Position numbers and translations under genes: made by a program. The notes below the pieces were generated by a model that saw only the letters and a list, made by a program, of their open reading frames with translations, ran no database searches and was not told the DNA's origin. DNA of 63,579 nucleotides, filler included, from Thraustochytrium aureum (lineage: Eukaryota): assembly GCA_012862495.1 (NCBI GenBank). It is 6 parts of 5 records of this genome, joined end to end, with 100 filler letters (N's around TTAATTAATTAA, not from the genome) between each part and the next. Parts side by side here need not be neighbours in the genome. Positions count along the whole stretch, not along the records: positions 45,487 to 55,366 come from BLSG01000164.1; positions 55,467 to 60,679 come from BLSG01000166.1; 4 more parts are not named here. One strand, given 5' to 3'. Positions 48,101-58,484 of this stretch are shown here, in pieces (the first letter of the stretch is position 1; every line of letters starts with the position of its first letter).

Positions 48101-49449
48101 ATGCGAGGGGGACTGCTCGCCGCCGCTGTGGCAGCATCGACTGCAATGGCGGCCGTCGCGCAAACGTGCCCGAAGCTCTCGGCCGGCTCTCTATCGATTA
48201 GCAAGAACGGCCTCGGGGTCGTCAAGCACTTCGAGGGGTGGTTTCCCCAGTGCTACCTCGACCCGGTCGGCATTTGGACCATCGGGCATGGCCACGCCTG
48301 CCACGTCAACTCGAACGACGGATCGGGCTGCCTGGCCGGCAACGCCTGCGACCAGTCGGTGACGCTAACCGAAGCCAAGGGCGAGGAAATCCTCCAGCGC
48401 GACATGAGCAAGTTCGATACTTGCGTGCGCGGCGCGGTCAAGGTCCCGATTACGCAGAACCAGTTCGACGCCCTCGTCAGCTTTTCCTTCAACGTTGGGT
48501 GCGCTCTCCTCAAGTCCTCTACACTTCTAAGCAAGCTGAACGCCGGGACGCTGACGCGACAGGGGGCGCAGAAGGAATTCACCAAGTTCACCTTCGGAGG
48601 CGGCAAGTGCTTCTCGGGGCTGCAGCGCCGCCGCTTCATCGAAGCGGAGCTCTTCAACTCTTGCGCCGCTACCGGGGCCTTTCAGTGCGACCAGCGCTCG
48701 TGCTCGAGGTCGCGATCTTACCTCGAGTGCCGAAACAACTGCGACTACTGCTCGGATAGCAGGTGCCAAGGCTGCACTGGAACAAGCGCCGACGTGTCAG
48801 GAAATGCGGTCGCGCCGACGCCAAGGCCCACGCTGCCGCCCACGCCACGTCCCACGCCCCCCCGACCCCGCCTGCCAGCTGCCCGACCCAGGAGAAGTTT
48901 TTGGGCAGACTTTGAGAACGTGCAGTCGCTCGAGTTGCTGATTGCCATTCGCAAAAGGCTCAACGGGGTCGCAGCGACGCTCGACATCCGCCGTGGGTAC
49001 GACGCGATTGACCGGGTCGTGGTCCGCGCTGACATGCCGTCCGCCCTTCAAACTGTGCATTCTGCATCGCCAGTGCTCGTGTCGCATCGACAAACGACCG
49101 CCTCGCGCTTGACCAGACCGCCTGGCTCCAGTTCCTGCTCGACGAAACAGACCTCGAGGACCCAGTCGAGGGGCCCGCTGAGAGCGCTCCGGAAGAGGAG
49201 GGAAGCAGCGCCGTGCCTGCCGTACTGGGCACGCTGGCTGGGATCTCTGTTCTGGTCGCAGCCGCTGCCGTGGTTGTCGTCCGCAGGCGTCGCGCAGCGC
49301 AAGGCGCCACTGGCGATGTGCCAGCCGTCTCTTTTGTAGGGTCGCCCGTGAAAACCAAGGGCTTCGACTCGACGTACCCAGACCTGAGCGGGCGCGCGTT
49401 TGGGGCGGCGAGTTCCCCAAACGCAAACTTCAACCGGTACGACTTCTAG
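48101..49449 (+). CDS. Phage-type (GH24) lysozyme with signal peptide, Cys-rich segment, PT linker and C-terminal TM anchor
   Basis: Signal peptide MRGGLLAAAVAASTAMAAVAQ; ISKNGLGVVKHFEG-WFPQCYL-D-PVGIW-TIGHGH (E-X8-D-X5-T); VKVPITQNQFDALVSFSFNVG..SSTLLSKLNAG..GLQRRRFIEAELF. TM VPAVLGTLAGISVLVAAAAVVVV-RRRR is reached through an indel near 49090. Confidence 0.88.
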
Positions 49450-49649
49450 CTTGCTGTGATGAAGCTGGCGTGAGTGACGTTGCGCAGCCAATTCAAAATC
49501 TCAATCAAACGGACCATAGAACCCTAAAGCAGCCGCACTAGTTTGTTTTTCGAGTGGTGTTAACGCCTCGGCGCACAAGCTTGTCCGTGCTGCCTCGAGT
49601 TGGCGCCTGGTCGGCGCGTCTTGGCCAGCGCTGCGGATAAGGAAGGCGC

Positions 49650-51662
49650 TCACCGTTTCACGCCAAACAACGAAACATCAGACGAAGCCACCAGCCCCGC
49701 GTGCAGGCCGCGATACGCGACGTACGGGTGCGTGTGGAGCTGGTGCGCCACCTTGATCGTAGCGAGGACAACCAGCACATTGTCTGTGTCCATGACCCGG
49801 AAGACGTGGCCGTAATAAGTCTGCAGTCGCTTCCGCTGGCCAGGGTGCAGTCGAGGCACGACAACGCTTGCCTCCTCCTCCCCCGGAGCAGGGTCCAAGT
49901 TGACCCAAGCTATGTCAACAATGTCGGGGGACTCGTTGAAGAACTCAATTTCCAGGGCCTCGCCCGCGTTAGACGGCGGGACGAGGCAGTCGTCGGCCCA
50001 TTGCTCGCTCGAAAGAAGCGCACCAAGGTGACCGGTCTCCGCGAAGCAGGGCATTATCTTGTCAACGCAGGACTGGCTCTCCTCGCCCGACTCCTTGCAC
50101 GTAGCTTCGGCGTCGTTGCGGGTGGCGGAGGCCCCAAAATCGGCGTGGTCCCCGTGCAGCCACGACGGGCGGTTGTTGCGCGCTTCAAACTCGCGGGTAG
50201 CTTGAGCTTCATAGTCAAGGCCACGCTTCGAGTACCGCTTGACCAGGCCCCGCAGTTGGCGGAACCGCGACGACGGCCCGTGCGCCACGTAGTTGGTCTC
50301 CACCTGGTTTTGCACGAGCAATTCAAAGGTTGGCAGGTACAGCGATGTGCCATTGCTGCCAAGCACGAACACCTGCTGTGTGATCATAGGAACAGGGTAA
50401 ACGACCTCGAGGAACTCATTGAAGAGCGCAGCTGTAGCCTTTTGGTAGTTCTCGTTCTTGACAAAGATCCCTGTGGGCGACAGCGCTCTGCTGATGCTCC
50501 GGAAAAAGTCTTCGGTTGACACCGTGCCAGATGGGTCGGTCTCGGAGATGTCCAAGAGCACGAGGTCGAACCGCGCGCCGGCTTGGACGAGGTCGACGAT
50601 GGTCTTGGCTGCGTCGCCAAATACCCATTCCACTCTCGCGTCGGAATCGGGCCGCCCAGGCAGGTGTGCGTTGACCTTGAAGTGGCGTTCGCACATCTCG
50701 GGGATGGCACTGTCGAGCTCGAGCTGAACGACGCGCTCCACGCACGGGTACTTTAGCACCTCGCGCAACGCGAGGGCGTCCCCCCCGCCAACGATGAGGA
50801 CTGTTTTGAGCGAGCTGAGAAAGGCAACGGGGAGGTGCACGTACACCTCTGAGTACGCCGCGTTGTACGACTCGCAGATCTGCACGGTGCCATCGAGAAG
50901 CAAGCACATGTCCTCGTTCGCCGTGTTGCGGATAAACTCGATGAGCTGCCACTCGCTTTGCACCTTCTCAACCGACTCAAAGTCGCCTTGCGTGTTGGCA
51001 AACACGCGATCTAGGTCATCGTCTGGGACGAGCTTGCTCCACGTCTCGGCGACGCCCTCGTCCAGGAAGCGGCCTGCCTCTTGAGTGGCGCGTTCGCGCT
51101 CTTCAACGGCTGCAGCGGGGCTGAGGACTTGGCGGTTGCGCATCACGCGGCCAGGAACGCCTCGAGGGACTCGAGCGCCGACGAATACCTCGGCTCCCAG
51201 CCTCGCGGCCAGGATTCCAGCCACAGCTGTCGCCTTGGCTTCTTCGCCGCGAGTGAAAACGTCCATCGCAAGGTACTGCTCGTTGGGCCACGCGTAGGCT
51301 ACCACGTGGGCGTCGTCCAGGAGGACAAACGCGGTGCTTCCCTGGGGCGTGCCGTTCCCGCCAAAGTCTTGCGACGTGCTGCTCTCTACTTTGTACCCGC
51401 CTTGCGTGCATGCGTCCTCGATGGTCTTCTTGAGCGCCTGGCTGTTCGCAAAGGCCTCAAGAGCAAGAATGTTGGTAAGTTCCACAGCAAGCTGCGTCCC
51501 TATCCACGTTTCAAGCTCGTGGTCTGGCGCAATGACGCTCCCGACCTTGGACAGCACCGCTTCTTCAATGCGCTCGACCGCGTCATCCACGTCCACCGCG
51601 CTGGCGCGGACCGGAAGCCCCGCGGCCAAGCACACCAAGAGCACAACGAGCCCAGCTGCCAT
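49650..51662 (-). CDS. Secretory fusion: degenerate prokaryote-type AdoMet decarboxylase + aminopropyltransferase (spermidine/spermine synthase fold) + VHL-beta-like domain
   Basis: Uninterrupted ORF. Signal peptide MAAGLVVLLVCLAAGLPVRASA; SpeD-like GSTAFVLLDDAHVVAYAWPNEQYLAMDVFTRG; APT motifs LLLDGTVQ, YSEVYVH, VLIVGGGD, VQLELD, FGDA, FDLVLLDISE; C-terminal IEFFNESPDIVDIAWVN...LHPGQRKRLQTYYGHVFRV. Confidence 0.88.
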   Translation of the reverse strand: MAAGLVVLLVCLAAGLPVRASAVDVDDAVERIEEAVLSKVGSVIAPDHELETWIGTQLAVELTNILALEAFANSQALKKTIEDACTQGGYKVESSTSQDFGGNGTPQGSTAFVLLDDAHVVAYAWPNEQYLAMDVFTRGEEAKATAVAGILAARLGAEVFVGARVPRGVPGRVMRNRQVLSPAAAVEERERATQEAGRFLDEGVAETWSKLVPDDDLDRVFANTQGDFESVEKVQSEWQLIEFIRNTANEDMCLLLDGTVQICESYNAAYSEVYVHLPVAFLSSLKTVLIVGGGDALALREVLKYPCVERVVQLELDSAIPEMCERHFKVNAHLPGRPDSDARVEWVFGDAAKTIVDLVQAGARFDLVLLDISETDPSGTVSTEDFFRSISRALSPTGIFVKNENYQKATAALFNEFLEVVYPVPMITQQVFVLGSNGTSLYLPTFELLVQNQVETNYVAHGPSSRFRQLRGLVKRYSKRGLDYEAQATREFEARNNRPSWLHGDHADFGASATRNDAEATCKESGEESQSCVDKIMPCFAETGHLGALLSSEQWADDCLVPPSNAGEALEIEFFNESPDIVDIAWVNLDPAPGEEEASVVVPRLHPGQRKRLQTYYGHVFRVMDTDNVLVVLATIKVAHQLHTHPYVAYRGLHAGLVASSDVSLFGVKR

Positions 51663-52622
51663 TGCGCTGAAACGGCCGCATCTGCTCTCCTTTCCCGCAG
51701 ACCTCAGCATCGGCTGGCCCGTATGCAGTCCCGGCCCGTGGCTTGCGCCAGCGCGCTGTTCCCCTGCGGCTCCACTCGAGGCCGTCAACGAACGGCCGGC
51801 CGCAGCCGCGCAAGCAACACGCCGCGTACNNNNNNNNNNNNNNNNNNNNNNNNNNNNNNNNNNNNNNNNNNNNNNNNNNNNNNNNNNNNNNNNNNNNNNN
51901 NNNNNNNNNNNNNNNNNNNNNNNNNNNNNNNNNNNNNNNNNNNNNNNNNNNNNNNNNNNNNNNNNNNNNNNNNNNNNNNNNNNNNNNNNNNNNNNNNNNN
52001 NNNNNNNNNNNNNNNNNNNNNNNNNNNNNNNNNNNNNNNNNNNNNNNNNNNNNNNNNNNNNNNNNNNNNNNNNNNNNNNNNNNNNNNNNNNNNNNNNNNN
52101 NNNNNNNNNNNNNNNNNNNNNNNNNNNNNNNNNNNNNNNNNNNNNNNNNNNNNNNNNNNNNNNNNNNNNNNNNNNNNNNNNNNNNNNNNNNNNNNNNNNN
52201 NNNNNNNNNNNNNNNNNNNNNNNNNNNNNNNNNNNNNNNNNNNNNNNNNNNNNNNNNNNNNNNNNNNNNNNNNNNNNNNNNNNNNNNNNNNNNNNNNNNN
52301 NNNNNNNNNNNNNNNNNNNNNNNNNNNNNNNNNNNNNNNNNNNNNNNNNNNNNNNNNNNNNNNNNNNNNNNNNNNNNNNNNNNNNNNNNNNNNNNNNNNN
52401 NNNNNNNNNNNNNNNNNNNNNNNNNNNNNNNNNNNNNNNNNNNNNNNNNNNNNNNNNNNNNNNNNNNNNNNNNNNNNNNNNNNNNNNNNNNNNNNNNNNN
52501 NNNNNNNNNNNNNNNNNNNNNNNNNNNNNNNNNNNNNNNNNNNNNGCACAACCCTCGTCTCGCGCAGCAGCTCTGACGCAAGATGCAAAACGATCTAGTT
52601 TCCTGGGCGCGAGACAGCTCGC

Positions 52623-54914
52623 TCACTTGTGCTCTGCAAGAACGACGCGGAAAGCGTCCATGATCTGCCGCTCGCCGTACTTGTGAAACAGGCTGTGCAA
52701 GTCCCGCTGCAATGGAGAATCCTCTTGCTTGGTATGGTCGTGCTTGAAGGAGCGCGAGAACTGCGAGGCGTCCGTGGCGTCCGCATCGGAACGTACAAAG
52801 TTTCCGAAGCGAAAAGTTGTGCGGAGCGCCTGCTCAGCTCGGTGCTTGTGACGGAGCAGAGCTGCGAGCGGCGCCGGCGTTGGACGGGCCAAGTGCTCGT
52901 GGTCCGCCTCGCGCGCGGCCTCCGCCTGCGGCGGCAGATCTGCTTCGTCTTGTTTGCCGGGTCGGCTGTGACCCTTTGCCTTACGGCGCAGGGCTGGCGC
53001 GCTCTGGGCGTGCTGCATGTGCTTTTGCTGCCTGACGTGGTGTTCGTGCATGTCGTCGTTGGTGAGCATGTCGCGCTGGAGGTCCTCGTCGAGGTCCTCT
53101 CGCTTCTGAAACTGGCCCGGCACGAGCGAGCGGCCCGAGCCAAACGCGTCGGGGGTTGGCTCGAGGCCGAGGCTCTTGATGTAGACCGAGTCGAGCTCGT
53201 TCTCCTTGGTGAGCCGGTGCCAAACGTCGTGCGTGATGATCTGCAAAACACAGACCAGAAGGCAGATCGCGGTGGCCCCGTAGCTCGGAAGGGAGAAGAA
53301 GGGCAGCGCGAGCAGCGAGATTGAAAGGCCCACCTTCCACAAGTAGGTGAACACTTTGAGGTTCCGGATTCGCCTCGGAATGTCCACAAACTCTTTCGTG
53401 AACCCCTGGTGCAGCACGCTCGCCACCCAGACGAGGATGAGAAGCAGGGCCGTGCTGATGCAGAGGAACCAGGTGTACTGTTCGTACCCTGGCTTGGTGA
53501 CCTCGAGGGGCTTTTTCAGCTCTTCCGTTAGCGCGATGCCCACGCTGATGATGAGGCACGACTCGATGGGCTGGAGCTGCAACCAGATAAAGCCCCGCTT
53601 GAGCGACTGGTTTAGCGCGTGGCCTTGCGGCTTGAACGGCTGGCTCGAGTAGTAGAGCACGCGCAGGGCGGCCATGAGAAGGTAGGCAGGGATGAACGTG
53701 CTGTACCGCTCGATGCGCTGCTCGAACTGCACCAGGATGATCTGCATGACGCCCTCGCCGAGCATAAGCATCGTCCACTCCCCGTAGCGGTGAACGCAGT
53801 ACTCGATGTGCATTGGCACGGCATAGTCTTGCAGGTTCTTGCGCAAGCCCAGGTCAAAGAGGCGCAGCACCTCGTGGATGATTTGTACCTGCGACGCGAC
53901 AAAGAGGCACGCAATGACCACCGCAGCGGGGTAGTAGAGCGCCTCCAGCACGACGGCGAGGATGAGCGGGACGAGCCCTATGACGAGCTCCACGGTGTAC
54001 GAGCGCGCCTGCCGGTACACGCGCGCCGTGCTGCTAAAGGCCCAGAGCTCGATCCAACGCAGCATGTGGAAGAGCTGGTGCGCCACCTTGAAGATGCAGA
54101 GGCCCAAGAGCTGGCCATTAGTGGGGTCCTCGATTTCGGACACGGAGACGGACAGGTGCCCGGCCACAAGGGCGACCAGGAGCGCCTCGAGGATGTCGAA
54201 GATCTTGTGCAGGATGTCGGAGCTGTTGAAGCGGCACGCGTAGTGCAGCTTGAGGCTCCAGCACTCGTAGAGAAGGGTGAACGTGGTGTAAAAGTACCAG
54301 AGCCCCTCCCAGCGGCGCGTCAAGAGAATGTCACTCAGCAGCTTGCCAGACTGGAACGCCACTGCGACGTAGATCACGTCGAAGAAGAGGTCGCTCCAGT
54401 TGACGTGGTGCGACTTTTGCTTTTCGCCCCAGTCGTGCGTGGTTTCTGGCACGTGGTAGAGACCGCTGCCCACGCCGCGCCGCTTCTTTATGATGCGCGA
54501 GTACTCCAGCAGCGAGGCGCGGATGTCCTCCACAAAGGCCGGGTCCAGTACGCCTCCCGCTTTGCCTGCGCTCTCCACGGAGCCGCCGCGGTGCCTTCGC
54601 CACGAACGCCGCAGAAACGAGTCGTGCTTCCTGGGCCGCAGCGCTTCCTCGTCGTCGCTCTTCGTCTCGCGGTCGTCCTCCACATTGCTCTCCTCTTCCT
54701 CGAGAGGGCCGACCCTCGACTGCGCCGGCGCCGAGTCTGCGCTGTGCGCCCTGGACCTCGTCGCGCGTCTTCCGAGTTGCGAAGCGCTCCGCTCCAGCAC
54801 GAATTCGGTGTCTTGCCTTCCGAGCTCGATATCGAGCGCCTCATCCATGCTCACGGCGTCATCGCTTGCGCCAGCGTTGGCCAGGGCGACCTTGCTGTTG
54901 CCGCGCCGGCCCAT
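52623..54914 (-). CDS. LtrA-like (low temperature requirement A) multi-pass membrane protein
   Basis: 763-aa ORF; VNWSDLFFDVIYVAVA and PMHIEYCVHRYGEWTMLMLGEGV motifs; about ten or more TM segments. Confidence 0.8.
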   Translation of the reverse strand: MGRRGNSKVALANAGASDDAVSMDEALDIELGRQDTEFVLERSASQLGRRATRSRAHSADSAPAQSRVGPLEEEESNVEDDRETKSDDEEALRPRKHDSFLRRSWRRHRGGSVESAGKAGGVLDPAFVEDIRASLLEYSRIIKKRRGVGSGLYHVPETTHDWGEKQKSHHVNWSDLFFDVIYVAVAFQSGKLLSDILLTRRWEGLWYFYTTFTLLYECWSLKLHYACRFNSSDILHKIFDILEALLVALVAGHLSVSVSEIEDPTNGQLLGLCIFKVAHQLFHMLRWIELWAFSSTARVYRQARSYTVELVIGLVPLILAVVLEALYYPAAVVIACLFVASQVQIIHEVLRLFDLGLRKNLQDYAVPMHIEYCVHRYGEWTMLMLGEGVMQIILVQFEQRIERYSTFIPAYLLMAALRVLYYSSQPFKPQGHALNQSLKRGFIWLQLQPIESCLIISVGIALTEELKKPLEVTKPGYEQYTWFLCISTALLLILVWVASVLHQGFTKEFVDIPRRIRNLKVFTYLWKVGLSISLLALPFFSLPSYGATAICLLVCVLQIITHDVWHRLTKENELDSVYIKSLGLEPTPDAFGSGRSLVPGQFQKREDLDEDLQRDMLTNDDMHEHHVRQQKHMQHAQSAPALRRKAKGHSRPGKQDEADLPPQAEAAREADHEHLARPTPAPLAALLRHKHRAEQALRTTFRFGNFVRSDADATDASQFSRSFKHDHTKQEDSPLQRDLHSLFHKYGERQIMDAFRVVLAEHK

Positions 54915-55917
54915 GTTTCGCTGGTTGTTGCCGTCAGCTTCGGGCGGCAGCGGCTCGGGGGGCCGCTCTCCTTGGCCTGCTCTTGGAGCTTGCGCCGCGG
55001 CACAAACCTACTCGCGCAGGCAACTTGGTCCTACTCGCGCAGACAACCTGCCGCTGCTTGCGCTGGCAACCTGGAGCCGCGTGCGCGACGCTCTTGGCTC
55101 GAGAAAGTGGCCTGCCAGAGCAAGCAACTCGTGTCGTGACGCAATTGCACATGCGCTATTCTCGCCGCGGCATCGGCCGATTCGACACCCTCCAGTGCCG
55201 CCGGCGCGCTGCCAGGCTCGAGCTGCTGAGCGCCGTCGGAGGAAGTGCGGCGCCTCGCGGACGTGCCTTCAGGCCCTCGCCAGTGAGCGAATTGGACCGT
55301 AGCTGTTCGCACGTGCATGCCGGCCATGCTGTGCTCTGCGTGCCTGTGTCGCTGTGAGCGAGCCTCNNNNNNNNNNNNNNNNNNNNNNNNNNNNNNNNNN
55401 NNNNNNNNNNTTAATTAATTAANNNNNNNNNNNNNNNNNNNNNNNNNNNNNNNNNNNNNNNNNNNNTTGTGGTGCTTGTGGCGCTTGTGGGCGGTGCTGG
55501 CGGCGCGCCCGGCAGGGACGAGGAACATCACGGTTTTGATTGATGCAGTCGGTGGCGCTCATGTCCTACCGAGTTGCATGAGATCATACCATCTGTGCCC
55601 GGGCGGACGGCGACGAGGCGAGAGCGGTGGCCACGACCTGGCCCGGCCCGCCCGGCCGATTGGGGCCACGAACCTGCGCTTCGAGTTCCGCCACAAGTCC
55701 ATCCTTCTTCACTTGCTGACGAAAGAACACAAAACATGCATTGATATCTACTCCACCTCTCTAGCTCGAGAGCGGTCGCTCACGGAGCGGCTGGCCCAGG
55801 CTCGACATAGCCCGGCATCGCAGAGGCGCTTCCACGCGCGCAGTACCCCCCGTCCGCTCCCACTCAAGCTCGCCCGGGACTGACGAGCCAATTGCATCTT
55901 GCCAGCAAGCTCTCGAG

Positions 55918-58484
55918 CTAAGCATCAGAAAGCCGCCCAAGCCCTTGCGGCATCTGGGCAGCAGTCGACGCCCCAACGCGATTGACCACCTCCTTGACGC
56001 CGTCGCTGTCGATCAAGCTGGTGAGCTCTGCAATCGACTGCATCATCGCTTCCAGGTTGGCCTGGTCGCGGTCCTCCCTTTGCATCGCCTCGACCGGGGG
56101 CGGCGGCACAGCGACGGGCTCACCAAACTCGACGAGAGACTCCTCTGCGCCCGCCACTCCATCGGCTGGGGCATCGAAGGAAGAAAACGACCCATTGCGA
56201 GTTGCGCGGAACGTCGGGTCATACTGGCCAATCGCGGCCGTGCAGCCGACGCCGCAGCTCACCGAGATGTACCGATACCCGGAAATGCTCATCGTCATGT
56301 GCGGGCGGCGCACAGGAACCATATACCCCGTCCCAAGCTGGCCGCACTCGTCCTCGCCCCACATCAAAAGACGGCCGTCCTCGCAGAGCGCGGCGACGTG
56401 GGTCGGGCCGCACGAGACCTGGACCACGCCGTGGCCCTCGAGCGCCTGTACGAGGAGTGGGACCTGCCGCGGCACGTTGTCGCCATGGCCCAAGAGCAAG
56501 CTGTTGCCTCCAACCGTGTACACGGACGTCTTCGAGAGGTCAGAAACCAATCCGCCATCTGCGTCTCGCAAGCCAACGAGAAAGGCTGCAATTTCACCAG
56601 CAGCGTCGACCTCATCGATCCGCCGGTCGTCGAACTGGGCCATGCGGACTGGAACGAGTGGGCCCTGCTCGCCGCCCAAGCCGCCCCACCAAAAGCAGGC
56701 AGAGTGCTTTTTGGTGACGGCAATGGAGAAATCCTCGCCCGCAGCAATCTTGGCAACCGCGTAGCCACCGAGGCTTTCGATCTCGGTCGGCGTGAATCGC
56801 GAATCTTCGTCGCCGTGGCCGAGTCTGCCTCGCCGGCCCTCGCCCATTGAGCAGACGACGCCGCCCGCGGAAAGCAGCATTGTGTGCTCGGGGCCGCAGG
56901 CGACCCCAACAACTGGGGCGTCGACAATCCGACGCACGCCATCCAGCTCTCGGGGCTCCAGCTCGACGAGGCGGCGCTCGCCGAGCCCGAGCTGGCCGCT
57001 AGGGCCTTCACCCCAGACGAAGACTTTGCCCTTGCTGGTGATGGCCACAGCGTGCGTTGTGCCGACAGCGACGCTCGCCACGCAAACCTTGCGAAGCTTG
57101 GTGACAAGGTAGGGCCGGCTTGACACTTGGCGCCCTGCGCCGAGCCCCAGCGCCGGGCCCGAGCCCCAGGTGAAGAGTTGCCCATCGTGAGCGGTGATGG
57201 CAGCCATCACCGAACCGCCGGCGGCGACGCGCAGAGGCTCGGTCTTGTTTTTAAGAGCTTGAACAAAGTTCGGCTCTGCGGAGACGCCACCCGCGCTTGA
57301 GCCGATGCCAAGCTGCAGCTTCGTGTCGTCGCCCCATGTGTACAGGCGATGCTCGAGCAGCGGCCCGTCATCCGTGGCATAAATGCTTCCGCGCGACGAC
57401 TCTCGTTGCTTGGTGAGCGCGCCGCCCGCTCCCATCGGGCTCTGGGGCGGCGACGGCGAAGAGGCCGACTCGGCGGGATTGCTCGCGGCGCTGGCGTCCG
57501 CTCGGCTCGAGTTTCGGGTGCTGCGGCGCAGCCTCGACAAGGACACACGCAAGCGCACCTCCTCGCGCGCCTCGCCACCGACGGAGGCAAAGTCCTGCTC
57601 GGACATGTCCTGCAGCTTGCGGATCGCGAGTTGCAGGCGGCGGCCGTCGTCCATCGTGAAGCTTGCGCTTTTCAGGACGCCCTTGAGCGCCTCGTCGGAC
57701 ATGTCGCGCATCTTTTCGATCGTCCCGAATCCGCCTTCCACAACGACTGCGTGGACGTACTTGTCGAGGCCCAGTTGGCGCATCCAAGTGCGACGCGGAC
57801 GGCGGGCTCGGCGGTAATCCCTTGCTGGCGGATCACGTTCAAGTAGATAGCAGAGATCCACTCGCTCCGCTCCTCGAGCGTGGGCGCCGACAGGTGCAGC
57901 TTCAAGTTGCCGTTTTCAACGTAGAACGCGTGTTTCTTGCCGAACCCCATCGTGGTCGTCGCTTCACGGACCACAGTCCGCGGGCCGATGTCAAACATGC
58001 CGCTCGGTCGGTCCGTCACCCCGGACGGCGGCTGCTCAAAGTAGCTCAGACGAGAGTTGCGGAGGACAAAGAAGCGTTTGCGCCAGTTCCGCCCGCTGCG
58101 TACTGCGCGCTTGACCATCCACCCGCTGCGCGTCTCCTCGCGGTGGCCAAACTCGTCCTTGGCGATCTCCTTGATCGCTCTGCGGATCGCCTCCATCCAC
58201 GCGTCCATCTCGTGCTTGCTATCTGCGTGCACGCTCAACATGGCCGAGCTCGTCGTCACGATCTCGAACGCAAACTGCCTTTTCACGGGCGCCGTGCGCA
58301 CAACCGAGCTCGGCGTCAGGCTAAACACTCCGCGCGGCTTGAAGACGCTGTCGCTCCCGACTGTGGGCTCGCTCTCGTAGAACACCAAGGCGCTGTTCTT
58401 GAGGTGGAAAAACCTCCTCTTCCACCTCGTGCCGCCTTCCGTCATCTTGTACAGCCACCCTTCCATCAAGCACCGTTCCGCCAT
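55918..58484 (-). CDS. PH-PH-SAM-RCC1 repeat protein
   Basis: Two PH domains (EGWLYK...WKRRFF...EMDAWMEAI; SGWMVK..NWRKRFF...ERSEWISAI), SAM-like WMRQLGLDKYVHAV, and RCC1 repeats (VFVWGEGPSGQLGLG, GRLGHGD, VSCGPTH, WGEDECGQLGTG); indel near 57800. Confidence 0.85.
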
